A stretch of DNA of 64,000 bases, from the NCBI GenBank assembly GCA_973851085.1, contig OZ316776.1:1798001-1862000 (forward strand), given 5' to 3'. Numbering within the stretch: position 1 is the stretch's first letter; each line of letters opens with the position of its first letter. Source of the DNA: Ptychomitrium polyphyllum. Its lineage: Eukaryota. A model generated the notes under the pieces. The model did no database searches. It was not told where the DNA came from and saw nothing but the letters and a program-made list of their open reading frames with translations. Below, one piece after another: positions 12,901 through 26,482 of this stretch. A program made the translations under genes and the position numbers.

Positions 12901-13620
12901 GATTTTGTCTCTCTTTTGATTTGGATTTGTGACTAAGGTGCTGTTTATTATAGCAGGTCGTATGAGTTCATCTCTGATTCTTTTGGACCCTCGTGGATTA
13001 ATTGCAGGTTTCTGGCATAATACGTGCACGAGTGGAGAAGAAGCACTTGGTAAGTTTAAGCTTTTTTGGATCGTTGTTTTTGCATTTGACTGTCTTTTAA
13101 TCTCTGCATTTATGGCGAAAATAATTGAACTAAAACACATCATTTTAGGTTAATTATTTTCTTCTAGTGCTCTGGCTTTGAACGAATGCGATTTCTTATG
13201 CTCCCCATGACGCTGCTGAAGGCACGTAAAAGCAAAATTTACCTTATTGGCAAATCCTGTGCTGGATCTGCTTCAGGTTCATTACAAGGACCTAGAGAAA
13301 TTTTGCAGCAAGCTGACTGAAGTTGTCACTCGTAAGGAGATTAAAAAGTACAAGGAAAACAAAACTCAGGTAAGGAATGGTCCTCGGTTATTTTCTGTTC
13401 TTTGTACACTAGGTGACCAGGATAAATCTCTATTGACCAAGTTTCTTCTTGTTGTTTCTAAAGCAGTTTTTGGGGCGATAATATGTATGTTATGCTTGGT
13501 TGATTACAGGGAATGCAAAAAGTAATTCTCAGAAGCAAACTACTGGAGAAGGTGGATGCTTACGTAGACTTGCAAATTGAGGTTTACCGCAAAATGAAGA
13601 GTGGTGAAAGACAGTCCTGA
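3909..13620 (+). CDS. ASHH2: Histone H3K36 methyltransferase, ASHH2/SDG8/EFS (Set2) type: CW zinc finger, AWS, SET, post-SET, helical domain, Pro-rich region, C-terminal SRI-like domain
   Basis: About 21 GT-AG exons (approx.): 3909-5646, 6083-6199, 6303-6522, 6796-6961, 7130-7218, 7340-7471, 7613-7729, 8015-8107, 8386-8463, 8866-8922, 9131-9587, 9921-9976, 10118-10197, 10304-10386, 10594-10673, 10950-11026, 11206-11251, 11432-12889, 13008-13049, 13277-13369, 13510-13620. Motifs: CW (WVKCDDCNKWR...WSCKQNP..FADCSIPQ), AWS (CQC..GCGDDCLNRMLNVEC..CPCGSLCTNQQFQ), SET (KKGHGL, IEYVGEV, GRFINHSCDPNC, EEVTFDYN), post-SET (CECGATKCRGFIG). Confidence 0.93.
4839..5486 (+). repeat. In-frame coding minisatellite in ASHH2 exon 1: ~16 copies of a 39-bp (13-aa) unit, with a 78-bp dimer in the core
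   Basis: Translation alternates AELVVSKDLTGSE / AEPVVSDDLIGSV; the DNA units are near-identical at ~5070-5390. Confidence 0.95.
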
Positions 13621-16600
13621 AGGGGATGCCAGCATATGGATCCAGTTCAGTGGCGCTTGTACAGTAGCCTCAAAGAAGCCTCATCTAATTTTTGCGTTGT
13701 AGTGTAGACCTATTCTTCAAAATAATGGCAACGAACACGGGGCACCATCTGACGCATGTGTCCCTTTTTACAAAATTTTACATTGCTGTGGCAACCATTT
13801 ACCCAGGTTAATGGAACAATTTTTTCTTGCAGTCTGAAGCAATGATGTAAATTATAGGAGGTTGTTTCTGGGATGAACTTGCTTGAGCTGTTCTTTTTCT
13901 CCCTTTAACACCAGGCATGCTCAGGTAACAGGTATTGTAATTATATCTTGTAACACCAAGTGTTCTATGTACATGTTCTGTGTATGTTCCCATTCTTCCT
14001 GCTTTTACTGACCTGCGCAAGGCATGATCAGCTATCGTCCCTATTGACGCTCTCTGTCCATGTTTTCATCCAAATCTGTGTGAACTTCTTTGAGTTATTT
14101 CATCCAGAACTGTGTCCAGACTGTATGGCAGCTGTCACAAATTTTATGGGATAACCAGATTCAGCATCAAGCCTCATTATTGTTGATTTCAAGTGCTTGA
14201 CGATGAACAGGGTCCTGTTTACAATCGTATAGTTGAAGGGTCTAAGAAATTGCATTGTGGACTGACCGCAGGCCGGGCTAATCTCAAGGCTCTGACAACA
14301 AGACTGGCACATGTGGAGCAATATCGAAGGCAATATCGCCGACATTGGTACCATTTACCAGTTGCATTCTGCAATTCGAGATTGGATTAAGCAGAGGTGC
14401 GAAATTTTGTAATCCAGGTTCAGTTTTTTTGTCTATCTTGTATAAACATTGTTGTTCTCCAGTCAGCTCTGCTATCCAATAGCACAGCTATGATGTGACC
14501 AGTATGTGTCATGTTGAGGCTTCCATGCTCATAATAAATCCTAAATAGGGGTATCAGGTTGCTCCATACACCATACCATCATCTTTGCTGTGCCTAAATG
14601 TCTAGTACATAGTGTGGGCCAACTTAGTACCCCTACTCTTTGACATAATTTCACTTGTACCAGGTAGTTTATATTGTTTCATTCTTCAATGCTCTGTTCT
14701 ATTTTTATATTTGAATGAAAGAAGAAAAGCACATTTAATAGTTTCACAAGCCATTAGCAATGAAAGGTATAAGGAGATTAATTTTGTACATATAGGTTTC
14801 AACCTTTAATAAAAAATCTTAATTAAGTTATAATGTTTAACATACAAGTGTCCTAACAGTCTTGTTTGTATTTCCAAATCATTTATTTATATCCATTTTA
14901 AGCTATTTTAAAATTGATTTTTTGAGATGCCACATAGTACTATATTAGAAATCATATAAATTGCAATTTCTTTTCCAAATATTATGAGTACAGCATATGA
15001 ACTTTTAAATAATTTGAAGTTCTTTGGAGACTTAAGTTATTTATTAATTATTTTGCTATGTATTAATTTGTATCGTGGATATTATCAGTAGTAACTCAAG
15101 CCAATAAAAGTGTTTAAACATTGTTCCATCTCATGACTGGTTTTTGGCCTTTTATAAATGTAAATGAATGAATTGATGTTATTAAATAAAAACACGAATT
15201 ATATATAAGTATAAAAAAATTATTTTAATGTTTCAATTCAAATATAGTGTATATATTTTGGAGATATTGTAAGTTTGATTATTATTTCTTTTCTATCATT
15301 TTAATGTTCCAAATATCTTTTACTTGCATATAAGTATCAATAAAATTGAATTTGAGATTGAAACTTTTTCATCCCAGCAGTCATACGGTAAACATGTTTT
15401 AGTTAATATTTAACAGTTCTTTTTTAAATAATAAATATACTAGCATAATAGAAGCTCCAAATTTTGAAATTCCAATAGTTCATTAGAATATCAATATGAC
15501 TTCCAATTATGTTTTTTACTTTCACTTCATTTAGAATTGTGGAAGCATTACAAATACAACAAAATATTTTCTATATGTTGCAATGGCTCTTTTAATACAT
15601 TTGAAAAGCTAAAAGGTATATGCTTTTATTATGTAGTATACTATATAGCGTGTTTGTCATCTAGTTAGATTATCACTAATTGATTCTTAAAATAGATGAA
15701 TAAAATTCTTTAAAAAATTATATTGAAATTTTACTTTTGAAAAAGATGAATTTTAAAAAATATACGTTTTGTTGAATTCTTTTTTTAAAAGGAATTAAAT
15801 AAAATGTCCAGGAAATTAAGAACTTATAATATGATTATATTTTAGAAGTTTGAAGTAAAATAAATGAATCAAATGTAAGGTTATTATGTTGTAATATTTG
15901 CGTTTATTACCAATTTTGCATTCTCTACAATAGTCGAGTGCACTTCTATGTTTTTAGCTCTAATATAATCTTCGAAAATTGTATGAATTAACAATAAATG
16001 TTTTTCTTGTATAGAATATTTGTTCAAATCATATAAATTAATATATTATGCAAATAATTTAGTTCATATATTGAATTTATATGATGGTTTTTTGAATTTA
16101 TATGTACAACAAGCATGTAACTATGTAGTATTTTATAACAAAAACAAAAAGATGAAGAATGAAATGTGAAGATTATGTTATTTAATATTGCAAATAAATC
16201 CATATCAATGAATATATTACAATGTTCATGTACATAATATTATACTCAATGCACCAATGATGAATTTCCTTGAAGGCTATCTACCAATATTTTTGACAAT
16301 AGTGTGTTGGAGTTTACAAGTGCTTCAAAACAAGGCTTACTATTCATACAAAAGTTTATAATTTTAACGTTTCTTTAAATGCTTCATGGAAAAGTATCTT
16401 CATGAACTTCTTCACACCACATGTAAAAGTGCAAAATTTGTGGACTTGCAAGAATGTAGAGATGAGGATGAAGAGAAGGTTCTACTACATTCCCAAAGAA
16501 GTTCAAAAATATGATGTGGGTAAAATCTGTCAATTACATGGAAACTCAACTCCACTATTACACCCCCAAATTGTAGTGGCTGAGAGCCTTCATGAATATT

Positions 16601-17633
16601 CACCCTAATTATTCAAAGCTGTAGTCTTTTTGGACTTAACAATAATCATCACTACTTTGAAGAACTCTTCGCCCAGAGCACTACTCAAATATTGTGAAGC
16701 TCCCATATTTCTCTAAGAGCGGAATTATTATAAGAGAAATTAGCATTCAACATCTTCTTCTAGAACATTCCTTGAAGTTATTTTTAATTTTGCATTTCCA
16801 ATAGGTTTTCACCTTATTTGTGTTTCAGGAAAAATATTTGTATAAAAAAGAGTTTCCTCCTGTAACTCTGTTTTGGAAGTCAGTCGAAGTCAAACATTGT
16901 GGTAAACCTGAACATGATTGACAAAGATTCTATGCAGTTCCCTCAACGGTAACGCTGAAAAGAAGAAAAAGCCATTAAAATGATAGGGATTCATAGTCGT
17001 GGGGCTTTAAGTGAAACAAAATGGTACATGAATTGTGCACCCTTTAGTGTATTAAAAAGCATCGTCCTAATGGTTACAAAACTGGGTCTTATTCTGACAA
17101 TGCAAAAGAGAAAATATTGCGACATTCGAGAATTCATAGCAAGAACACCTGCTGAAGCACTAACTTGCGAACCCAACTGAACACAAAAGCGAAAGTAGAA
17201 TATCCTCACAAAACTTTTGGACTCATGAATAAAGTACCAGAGGAGCATCAACGTACTCCACGTATCCGCATTGTGGCTCTGAAATTGCAAGCCACTTGGA
17301 ACAAATGTCCAGAAATTAACTCACGTACATGGATATGCACGTCAAAAAAAATCTAACGCTCCGTTCACAACTTCAATGCTGCCACTCGCTTCGTTGGCAG
17401 CCATCTGAGGAGCACACCAAACGAGTAACGCAAAGCAGCTGTTGACAGCACTTCCAGAGCTGATGCTGTACTGTTCCACGGAGAAAAAATGTTCTTGATA
17501 CCCTGAGGTGAGGATGAGTTTACAATTGAGAACTTGAAAATTACTCAACGCTGTCGTCGTTGGTTGTAATAGAAATCAAAATTTGCAGACCTAGTAGTAT
17601 GGTTGTTATCCGGAGCTCGAACGTCCTAATAAC

Positions 17634-20109
17634 CTACAATCCCGAGGTCTTCTTCAGATGTCTCTTGAATTCCATAATATCACCGTTCCATCTAGTGATG
17701 GCCTTCTTCTCACACACCCAGATCTCCTTAGCGACCTGGTTGATGAGTCTGAAGTCGTGACTTACAAGAACGAGACCTCCGTCCCACTCATTCAGAGCCT
17801 CTGCGAGAGAATCTATGGTTTCAATATCCAGATGGTTAGTGGGTTCGTCCAGTAGGAGCAGGTGAGGAAGTCTCCACGCCAACCAGGCAAAAATGACACG
17901 ACTCTTCTGCCCGTCGGAAAGGTGACCCATAGGCATGGTTTGTGCCTTTCCTGTCAGCCCAAAGCGTCCAATAGCAGATCGCATTTTCTCTTCCTCTAAA
18001 CCAGGGTATTCACTCATCATATACTGGAGTGCTGATACATCAAGAACTAAGGTTTCTGCAAGATGCTGGTGATACTGAGCAATGCGAAGGTGATTGTGAC
18101 GACGTACCATACCGTCAAGCGGGTCAAGCTCGCCAGTCATAAGTTTCAGAAGAGTACTCTTTCCTGCTCCGTTTGGTCCCACGAGGGCAATCCGGGAATC
18201 AAGATCAACGCCGAAATCAACTTTCTCATAAATCAACTGATCAGGTGTGTAGCCAAATTTAAGGTCAACAAACTGAAGCACAGGCGGTGGCAACTTTCCG
18301 ACGTCAGTGAATCTGAAAGTCAAAACCTTGTCTCTAACAACCTTCTCTGCTAGCCCACCTCTTTCCATCTTAGCCAGGGTCTTCTCTTTACTTTGAGCTT
18401 GTCGAGCAAGCTTTGCAGATCCGTGTCCGAATCTAGCGATGTACTCTTTCATTGCTGAAATCTGCTCTTGTTCCCAGCGGTACTGCTTCATCTGATTCTC
18501 TTCCAACTCACCACGTGTTTGACAAAACTGATCATAGTTTCCGGAGTAAAATTTCAGTTGCTTGTTTTGCATGTGAATGATATTTGTGCACACACCATTC
18601 AAAAAATCTTGAGAGTGAGACACAACCACCAGAATTCTCTCAAATTTCTTCAAGGTTTCCTCTAACCAAACACATGCTTCCAAGTCTGCAAATGCGTGGA
18701 GACGATTCGTCAGTACATGAAAAGTCACAATCTGAAAAGTTACGTAGGCAGCGAATATCATGCATACCATTCAATGACCAGCGAGGTAAAGTAACCTTCA
18801 TAGAACTTACCAAGATGATTCGTGGGCTCATCGAGCAAAAGGATAGTTGGATTCATAAACAAAGCACGAGCTAAGGCAATCCTCATTCTCCATCCTCCAG
18901 AAAAGTCTCGAGTTTTCTTGTTTTGCATTTTCTTCGTAAATCCTAAACCATGCAAAATCTGAGCTGCCCGCATTTCAGCTGTCGCCGAATCCATTGCTTC
19001 CAACCTTTCATAAATGCGCTCCAAGGGCTCACCACCGCCATCATCCTAAAAAAAAAAGACATTGTCAGGAATACTTCACCAAGGTGTATTAATTCAACTT
19101 CCAGGCCATTCTGCAGGTGAGCTTAAGGAAAGCCCAGAGAATTGTTTATAACGTGAGTAGTCACTCACTTGTTGTGCGAGCTTTTCAGCTTCTTTTTCCA
19201 GAACCAACCTCTCTTCGTCCACGTTCATGACAGCCTCAAGAGAAGTCATGTCCGTAGCATCAATTTCTCGAGTCAAGTGATAAATATCCATATGCTCTGG
19301 AATTGGAACCTCTCGAAGTCCAATTGAAGTAAGCAGTGTTGACTTCCCACATCCATTCAGACCTAGAAGCCCGTATCGTCTTTAAGAAGCAATAAAAATA
19401 TATCAGTTGTTAAACTAAAACTACTTGTTTTGTAGCAACAATATCACGTCATTGTTCCAAACACTCTCTTTCTCAGCATCTTGAATTCAAAACTTGGGTC
19501 ACACGATTTGAAAATATGCATAATAACGCATACCTTCCATAATTCAGTTCCAATGTGGAATCTGCTACTAGCTCGTGACCATGAAATGTAACGGAGAGAG
19601 ATTCAATCTGCAAACATTCACGAGTGAGTGACCACGAGATAATTGTCCAGTATAAAATATGGCGCTTTCCAAATTCATTGTCATGAAACAGAGGAACTAT
19701 GGGTTCTGAAGCTCAACAACTAATTAAAAATCAACATTCACCTCGAAATCTCATTAACTTTATTAAGTCATATTCTCACTGCCATAAGTTTAGGACAAAA
19801 CGAAAGATTCTCAAGGATTTGACATGCAAAAAAACTTCCGTTGAAACCAATCGTCGATGTATAGCCAGGCCGGAACACGAAACTTACGTGAATATCCCTC
19901 GACTGAAGGTGCGACGCCAGAACACCAGTACAAGTCCGATCTGTAATATTCGCCGCAGCCAATTCCTCCGCCAATGTGTCGGCCGTGACACCATTCGTCA
20001 CGTCATTGAGCTTCGACGCCGCGACAACCGCCGCAGACTTGGATCCGCGCTTCTCAGCAGCGGCAAGCTTCTTAGCCGCGGCCTTCTTCTTGCTCGCGTC
20101 AGACACCAT
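17634..20109 (-). CDS. ABCF1: ABC-F family soluble ATPase (plant ABCF1; ABCF2/ARB1-like), ribosome/translation associated
   Basis: Exons 20109-19888, 19607-19534, 19379-19169, 19045-18811, 18685-17634. N-terminus [11 protein letters not shown]; Walker [10 protein letters not shown] and GPNGAGKST; signatures FSGGWRMR and LSDGQKSR; two [11 protein letters not shown] motifs; no transmembrane domain. Confidence 0.96.
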
Positions 20110-23100
20110 CGTTGCGTGTGCCTAAATGCACACTAAATACTAAGATCTACACAGAAAAAGAAAAAAACTCCATCACCAGCCGAAAAACTCAAACCACCAC
20201 GCAACCTAACATCAAAACCTCACATCACACTCACACTCACACTCACACACATCCAAAAACCATACAGAAAGCCCATCCAAACAACAACAAGCCTGAAACC
20301 TCCACCCTAACCCACACCAGATCGTCAACCATCACAAAACCAAACAAGAACAGCCACAGGCCGCCACTGGAGGGACCTCAAAAAACCCACACCCACAGGC
20401 CTCCACCACCCCACACCTAAAAGCAAACACCAACACCTACCCTTAACGCAAGCGTCAACTTTACCTCCTAAACCTGAAAACCAACCTTTCCAGAAGAAAC
20501 GAAAAACACCACCCCATCAACTTCAGCTTTCAAAAACAACAGACGAATCAACTTGCATGCAACCACACCATGAAACGAAGATATCCAACGCCAGAAGCTA
20601 GCCAGACCACCAGTTTCAGTCCCTGAAAGCGCCTACAAAAGAAAAGCAAACATGAGAAGAGATCTGACCTGACTCCAGCTCCAAAAACTTGAGATTCAGC
20701 GACGCAGAGAGCGAGCGTGCAAGGTTGCTGCGAAGGAGTCGCAGCCTTGCTTGCAGAATGAGCTTCAAAGGAGGCGCCTTGCGCTTCTCTCTGCAAAGAG
20801 AGGCGGCCTCCGTTCTCGACGGACGATCCTGCGGCGTTGGTCGGTTGGATTTTCTCGTTGCTCTTAGTCGACGTGTTCGGCGTTCTCCGTCGTCGATGGG
20901 AACGACAGGTTGTCGGAAACAGGCCGCACGCGGAGTTCTTGACGGAAGTCGTCCAGAAGGCGTTTGACCTAAGGTCAAATTCTGTTGGCCGAAGTCTGTC
21001 GCACTGATTTTTGAAGGGTAAAAGAAAAAAGGTTCGCTACAGAAAGTTACTTTTTCTTGTTGTTCTGAACCCTAAGCTTGGGAAACGCTTTCAAAAAGTA
21101 ACGGAAATCGAGGCACGGTCGTACAGCGCAGTAGTTGCAAAACGGTCATGGGTTGCAGTGTTGGTCAGGGGCGGCTGGTGAGCAGCTTGGAGGTGAACTT
21201 AGTGTTTGGGTGGTGATGTTTTTAACGTTTGCTGGTTGGTTTGATTCGTATCTGAAACCCCGATGCAATCAAGTTGATCTATGACCAGCTTTGTTTCAAC
21301 GAGCAATTATGAAACAAAACTTTTGCAGTAATAAAGAGTTACCAAAATCACGCTTAAGAGGTTTTGTGTGTCATCTCTTCCACATTCATAATGAAACACA
21401 AAACTCACTCCGGGCTCAAAAACACCATGCATCAGAAAGACTGTGGACTGTAAAATCTTCTTAGTAGCACGCGAGATTTCTTCAAAACATAATCGAATAT
21501 CTTGATGAAACATAGATTCTGCCGCAGTGAAAAGTAAATACTTTGATATTGCTGTGGGCCAGATTGTTTGCATGGTTTTGAGTAAGTTACATCCCTTGCC
21601 TGTCCCTTTGTGTTGTTTTGAGATGTACTATCAAACTCAGAAAGGCCTGCCTTGTGCACGCACTTATGGTTGTGGCATTGAGAAAGCTAAATGAAGGAAG
21701 TATATTCTTCTTGTGAATGACTATGTCCTAATATCACAAAAGCTCCTACTTAATGCTTCAAAATACAATGTGAAATTTTTTCTTTCTTGTTTTTGTAGCC
21801 AAAATTAGTTTCAAAGTATATTCTGCAAAACTTTCGTTTTAAAAAAGGTTATATTTGATAATATTATTATAATAAGTTTGTAAAACATAATTTACAAAAC
21901 ACATGTATGTAATTAATTCAACTTGTGCTCTTGTCAATATTTTTAATGAATTTAAAAACTGAACATTCAAAATTTCTTTATATCATATTATTAATCTTTT
22001 ATTGTATATTCTTAAAAGGACCAAAATATGAAATGCTAAAAAACAACAACTTTTGCAATTTTTGAAGGACTAAAATTACAAAAGTTGTTTTGAAAAAGTT
22101 AGCCTCTACAATTAAAAAACTCATAATTTTTTGAAACATACTTCTAACCTATTTGATATCAAATATTCATACAAAAGTGTTACAGAAATCTAAACCGTTC
22201 AACTATTGGTCAATTAGCCCAAGAGCCAATAGAATTTGGATGGATGAAAACAACAGTGGCCAACAAACTAGTTTAAGTCTATCATTCATTCAAAATGTGG
22301 ATGCATAGGAAAAATTGGGTTTAGGGTTTGAGGCTTCCGATACGGTTTAGGCGACGAGCCAAGTCCAGAGCCTGCAGCGAACCTCGCCTAAGTTCAATGT
22401 CCTTTTCCACGGAGAATAGGGCTGGCCACTGGTTCTGTTTTTCCTTTAGAACGCTTCATGCGGAGAAAAAAGGCGCAGTAGAGCAGCAATTCCTTGGCAG
22501 CTACTGACCCCAACTGTCTGCAAGATCTTTTCACTCTAGGAGTCTACGTAACTTTGCAAATCGCGCCTTTTCAATACAAATCTACACAAAACTGACACGA
22601 TTCTGGTGTGATTCTGGTGTGATACTCCGAAGATACTCATGCGATACTCAAGTGGTACGGGGGCAGGTCCCTAATAAACCACGCAAGTAAGAGGCGCTGT
22701 TCTCCTATCGAGGCTCCGTCTGTGCTGGTGCGTTTCGGAGCGAGACCGCAACTTGGAGGATTACCTTCTGGGTGCATAGCAAAAACCGTTTCTGCAGACA
22801 AAATCGGCATCATCTACCAGTAACAGTCATGGCGATTAAAAAAAACTATGATTTTCATAGATTTTGTCGAACTTGTGTACAGTGACGGACTGTCACAGTT
22901 TCCGAAATTGACATCATCTTCTCTAAATGTAGATTTCATGAATTTCAGTGTCGTTGTTAGAAGTAGCGGTTTTGTAAACTCTGACGCCGTTAGGTGCGCG
23001 TCACGAAAATGTGGTCCCTCTCAGAGATGCGATATGATAATGGTGAGCTGAAGTAATGCTGGTGTGATACTGGTGTGATACTGGTTTTATACACTTGTGC

Positions 23101-24126
23101 GATACTGTTGTGGGTATCTCGGAAAATGGACAAGTAGAGAACGTTGAAACCCTGCCAAGAGAAGCTCCGATTGGTGTTTCGGCGATGACGATGGCAATGG
23201 CGATGGCAGGACCACAGAGTGGCGGAGCCAAGGAATGGATGTCGTTGATGAGGAGAAAGTTCTTAACGAACGCCTGCTTATTTGGTGATGCGTTGTGCAC
23301 GTCGCTGCCGACGTCTTCTTAGTGACGGTAACTCCCCGTTTCCACCAAATTGCTGTGCATTGTGACGAAATTGCGAGCTTCTCCGACTTTGTTTTCTTTT
23401 TTACTGTGCCCCTTCTTTTAATAATCTACATCTTCGCGTTGTGCACTTTGTACACTGTAAGAGTGAGTTCAGTACGTTATCTTTGGTGCAGAAATGTTAA
23501 TTTCAGCCACTTGACTAAAGATGTTTGCATAGTGTGAAACGTTCAACTGTAAAGAGCAGGCGACGTTGCTTCGAAGGCGGTTCGTAGCTTCAGACGTCCC
23601 ACTCTTCAGCGTATGGTTTGAGCGGTCAGTTGGTTCTGTAGCGTGCCATTCCATTATATAGAATCTGTTTCTAACTAAGTTGTCGAGGGAGAGGGGAGAC
23701 TTTTCATTCGTTTGTTGAGAGATACAGTAGTTTGGTTTGTCAGCGCGTCGTAGTTGTTCGGTTTTGAAATGAGAATGGCTAGTTCTTGGAATCAAGAGAA
23801 GATGCGCAGATTGGTGTCAATACAGATTGTGTTTAGAAAGTGACGCTCTTACACGAGAATCGTTCAAGAAGAACTGCTCTTCGCTTTCTGTTGGCTTTGT
23901 TGTTGCCCTTCCAAACAGGTTTGATTGCGCTAGAGTCGTTAGGTGCAATGCGGTGGATTTAACGAAGCAAGAGAGTTTTCCGTAGCTTCTTAATTTCATT
24001 GTTGTTGATAATTGAGTTGAGCGTTGCATTTCTGAGCTCTCGTTTATAGTATTGGAGTATTTCATTTAGAGAGGAAGCCATAGACGTTTTCTACTTTATA
24101 AGTCTGGCAGTGTTAGACGTTGAATC

Positions 24127-26482
24127 ATGGTTGCAGAGGTGAAGTCTACTCGCAGCAGTGCTCTTGCGCTGCTGTCGATGCTGATGGATTCTTTTGTCCA
24201 TGTTATAAGTCTTATTGTGTTTGGGTTTTTCGACCTTGTAGATCAGTTGTTGTGTCCTGTGTTCTCGTATTTGGATTGGTTATTAGAACTGCGTGAAGGT
24301 TCCTGTTACTGTCACGATGGGTCCTCGGATTTGGAATTGAATAACAAGAAATTGGCCGTGCTGCCGCTCTCGGGAGCAGACATCGTTACAGATTGTGAAT
24401 TTTGGGAAGGGCATTCAGATACCCTGTATGGCAGGAAACACAAGCATGGAAGGAGTCATGTGCACTTTCTCACTCTTCACCGCAGTCTGAGTGCAGAGAC
24501 TACAGATCTTTTGAAATCCTTGAATTTGAGGAGCGCAGGCCTCATTTCTGGTGGAAATCGATGGAGGAACAGAAACGATTCTCTCTCGCTCGACAAGGGG
24601 CTAGCATTGGTTGTTAAGAGGGGTTTTCCTGCGGATTTGGGAGTTTTGCCGCATCGCAGTGGGAAAGTAGATATATTCCAGTACGATTCACCTGAAAACT
24701 CTCCACTGAAGGCGCGGTGGTCTGACTGTGGCTGTTCTACTTGCACCGCATGGCATATGAGCCAAGACCTCTATGTACACGTGGGTGGAAAAGGTTAGCT
24801 TCTCTTAAATTTCTGATGATACTAACTCTACGGCTTGCTGTAGGTTTATTGCGAGTGTTATTGGAGCCTAGTGGAGCTGGTGTACATTTCAGTTTATAAA
24901 TGGCCACCAATGAATGCTAGGCCATGTTAAAGTTAAGTAAATCATACACTGTCTTGCTCATTTTACAGAAGCCTCAGGATCAAGTTGCGAAGATGGAGAT
25001 GATTCTGAAAACAATGTCATTTTTATTCACGGATTCCTATCGTCCTCCTCATTCTGGTCGGAGACAGTGTTTCCCGAATTTTCAGACAACTTAAAGTCCA
25101 CGCACCGCCTGTTCGCTGTCGACGTGCTAGGTTTTGGCAAGAGCCCGAAGCCTACAAATTGCCATTACTCAAATGCTGATCATATTAAATTGATTCGGAA
25201 GTAAGTGCCACTTTCTGGTTTTGTGCTTTTGTCATGAAGTACAATTTGCAGGTCGGTCTTGCGGTTCTTCTGTTGGTAATTATCTGTTACTGAGAAGTTT
25301 CTATGTTTCAAATCGGTATAGTTCAATGATTTTGTCACCGTTTGTGATGCAGATCTGTTATTGACCGTTATAAGCTTAAAAAATACCACCTCGTTGCGCA
25401 TTCTATGGGCTGCACCATCGCTTTGTCCCTTGCTGGCCAGAACCCCTCAGCTGTTCGTTCAGTCACACTTGTCTCACCGGTAAGAGCTGCTCGTCGTTTC
25501 CTCTTCGATGTTGCATTAGAACTTGTTCACTATTGTATTCTAAAGTGCGCAAATGACTGTCCTGAATTGTTGGTAGACGGGTCTGTCGAATTACGAGGTC
25601 TTTTGTGTTCAAGATAGAGAGGGTAGCTTGCGTTGTGTGTCATTGAGCATGTAGATGTCAAAGATTGATCCATCGGTATTAAATAGTAAGTGTTGTATTT
25701 TTCAGCCTTATTATCCAGCGATATTTGGCAGTCAACCATCATCTCATCTATTGAAGAAAGTAGCTCCGAGGAAGATATGGCCAGTACTTGCATTTGGCCC
25801 TTCTGTTATGTCGTGGTATGAGCACTTGGGCCGTGTTGTTTGCCTCGTTGTTTGCAAGAATCATCGGCTCTGGGAGCCTGTTTTGTCATTTACCTTGAAC
25901 AAGATTTTAAGATTGAGGTGAGTTTTCCCGTTCTTCTAACAGTTCTCTATTCCTTCTTAAGGCTCATAGATCCAGAACCAGAGATGCACGTTAAGAACTC
26001 AGTAGTTATCTTAAATGATGGGTACCTTGTGAGTAGGGTGGGTTTACGACGTGTTGGAGATTGCCTCTTTCATCCCCGCAAAGTAGTGTGGAAGGTCAGG
26101 TTTGGAAGATTTCGCTTGACATCCATGATTCTGTATCTAACCATTAGGACGGTTTTGTCTTAACAGAGTACCACAATTTCTTGTTCATGACTTCATGCAA
26201 CATACGCACAATACAGCTTGGCACATCTTTCACAACACCATATGTTCTGGTGCTTATACTACAGAGTGGAGCATGAAGGTCCTACAGAAGGCAGGGAAAC
26301 GTGTCAGGGTTGTTCACGGTGATAATGACAATATCTGCCCTCTTCAGTGTGGTTTAGATCTGGAGAAAACCTACTCAAATGTATCTCTCGCGGTAATTCC
26401 TGGAGCCAATCATATCAACATCTTATTGGGTAGGGAGAAACAAATGGCACAGGAGCTCGAGGAAGAGATATGTAGGAACTAG
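24127..26482 (+). CDS. BDG: BODYGUARD-like alpha/beta-hydrolase (cuticle-associated family), copy 1
   Basis: Exons 24127-24793, 24969-25200, 25353-25479, 25706-25917, 26167-26482. Motifs RWSDCGCSTCTAW, VIFIHGFLSSSSFWSETVFP, AVDVLGFGKSPKP, nucleophile VAHSMGC, SWYEHLGRVVCLVVCKNH, HTHNTAWHIFHN, HGDND, GANH. Confidence 0.92.

Noticed and set aside
14193..14390. 65-aa ORF downstream of ASHH2
   Set aside because: Non-ATG start, no homology recognised; probably 3' UTR.
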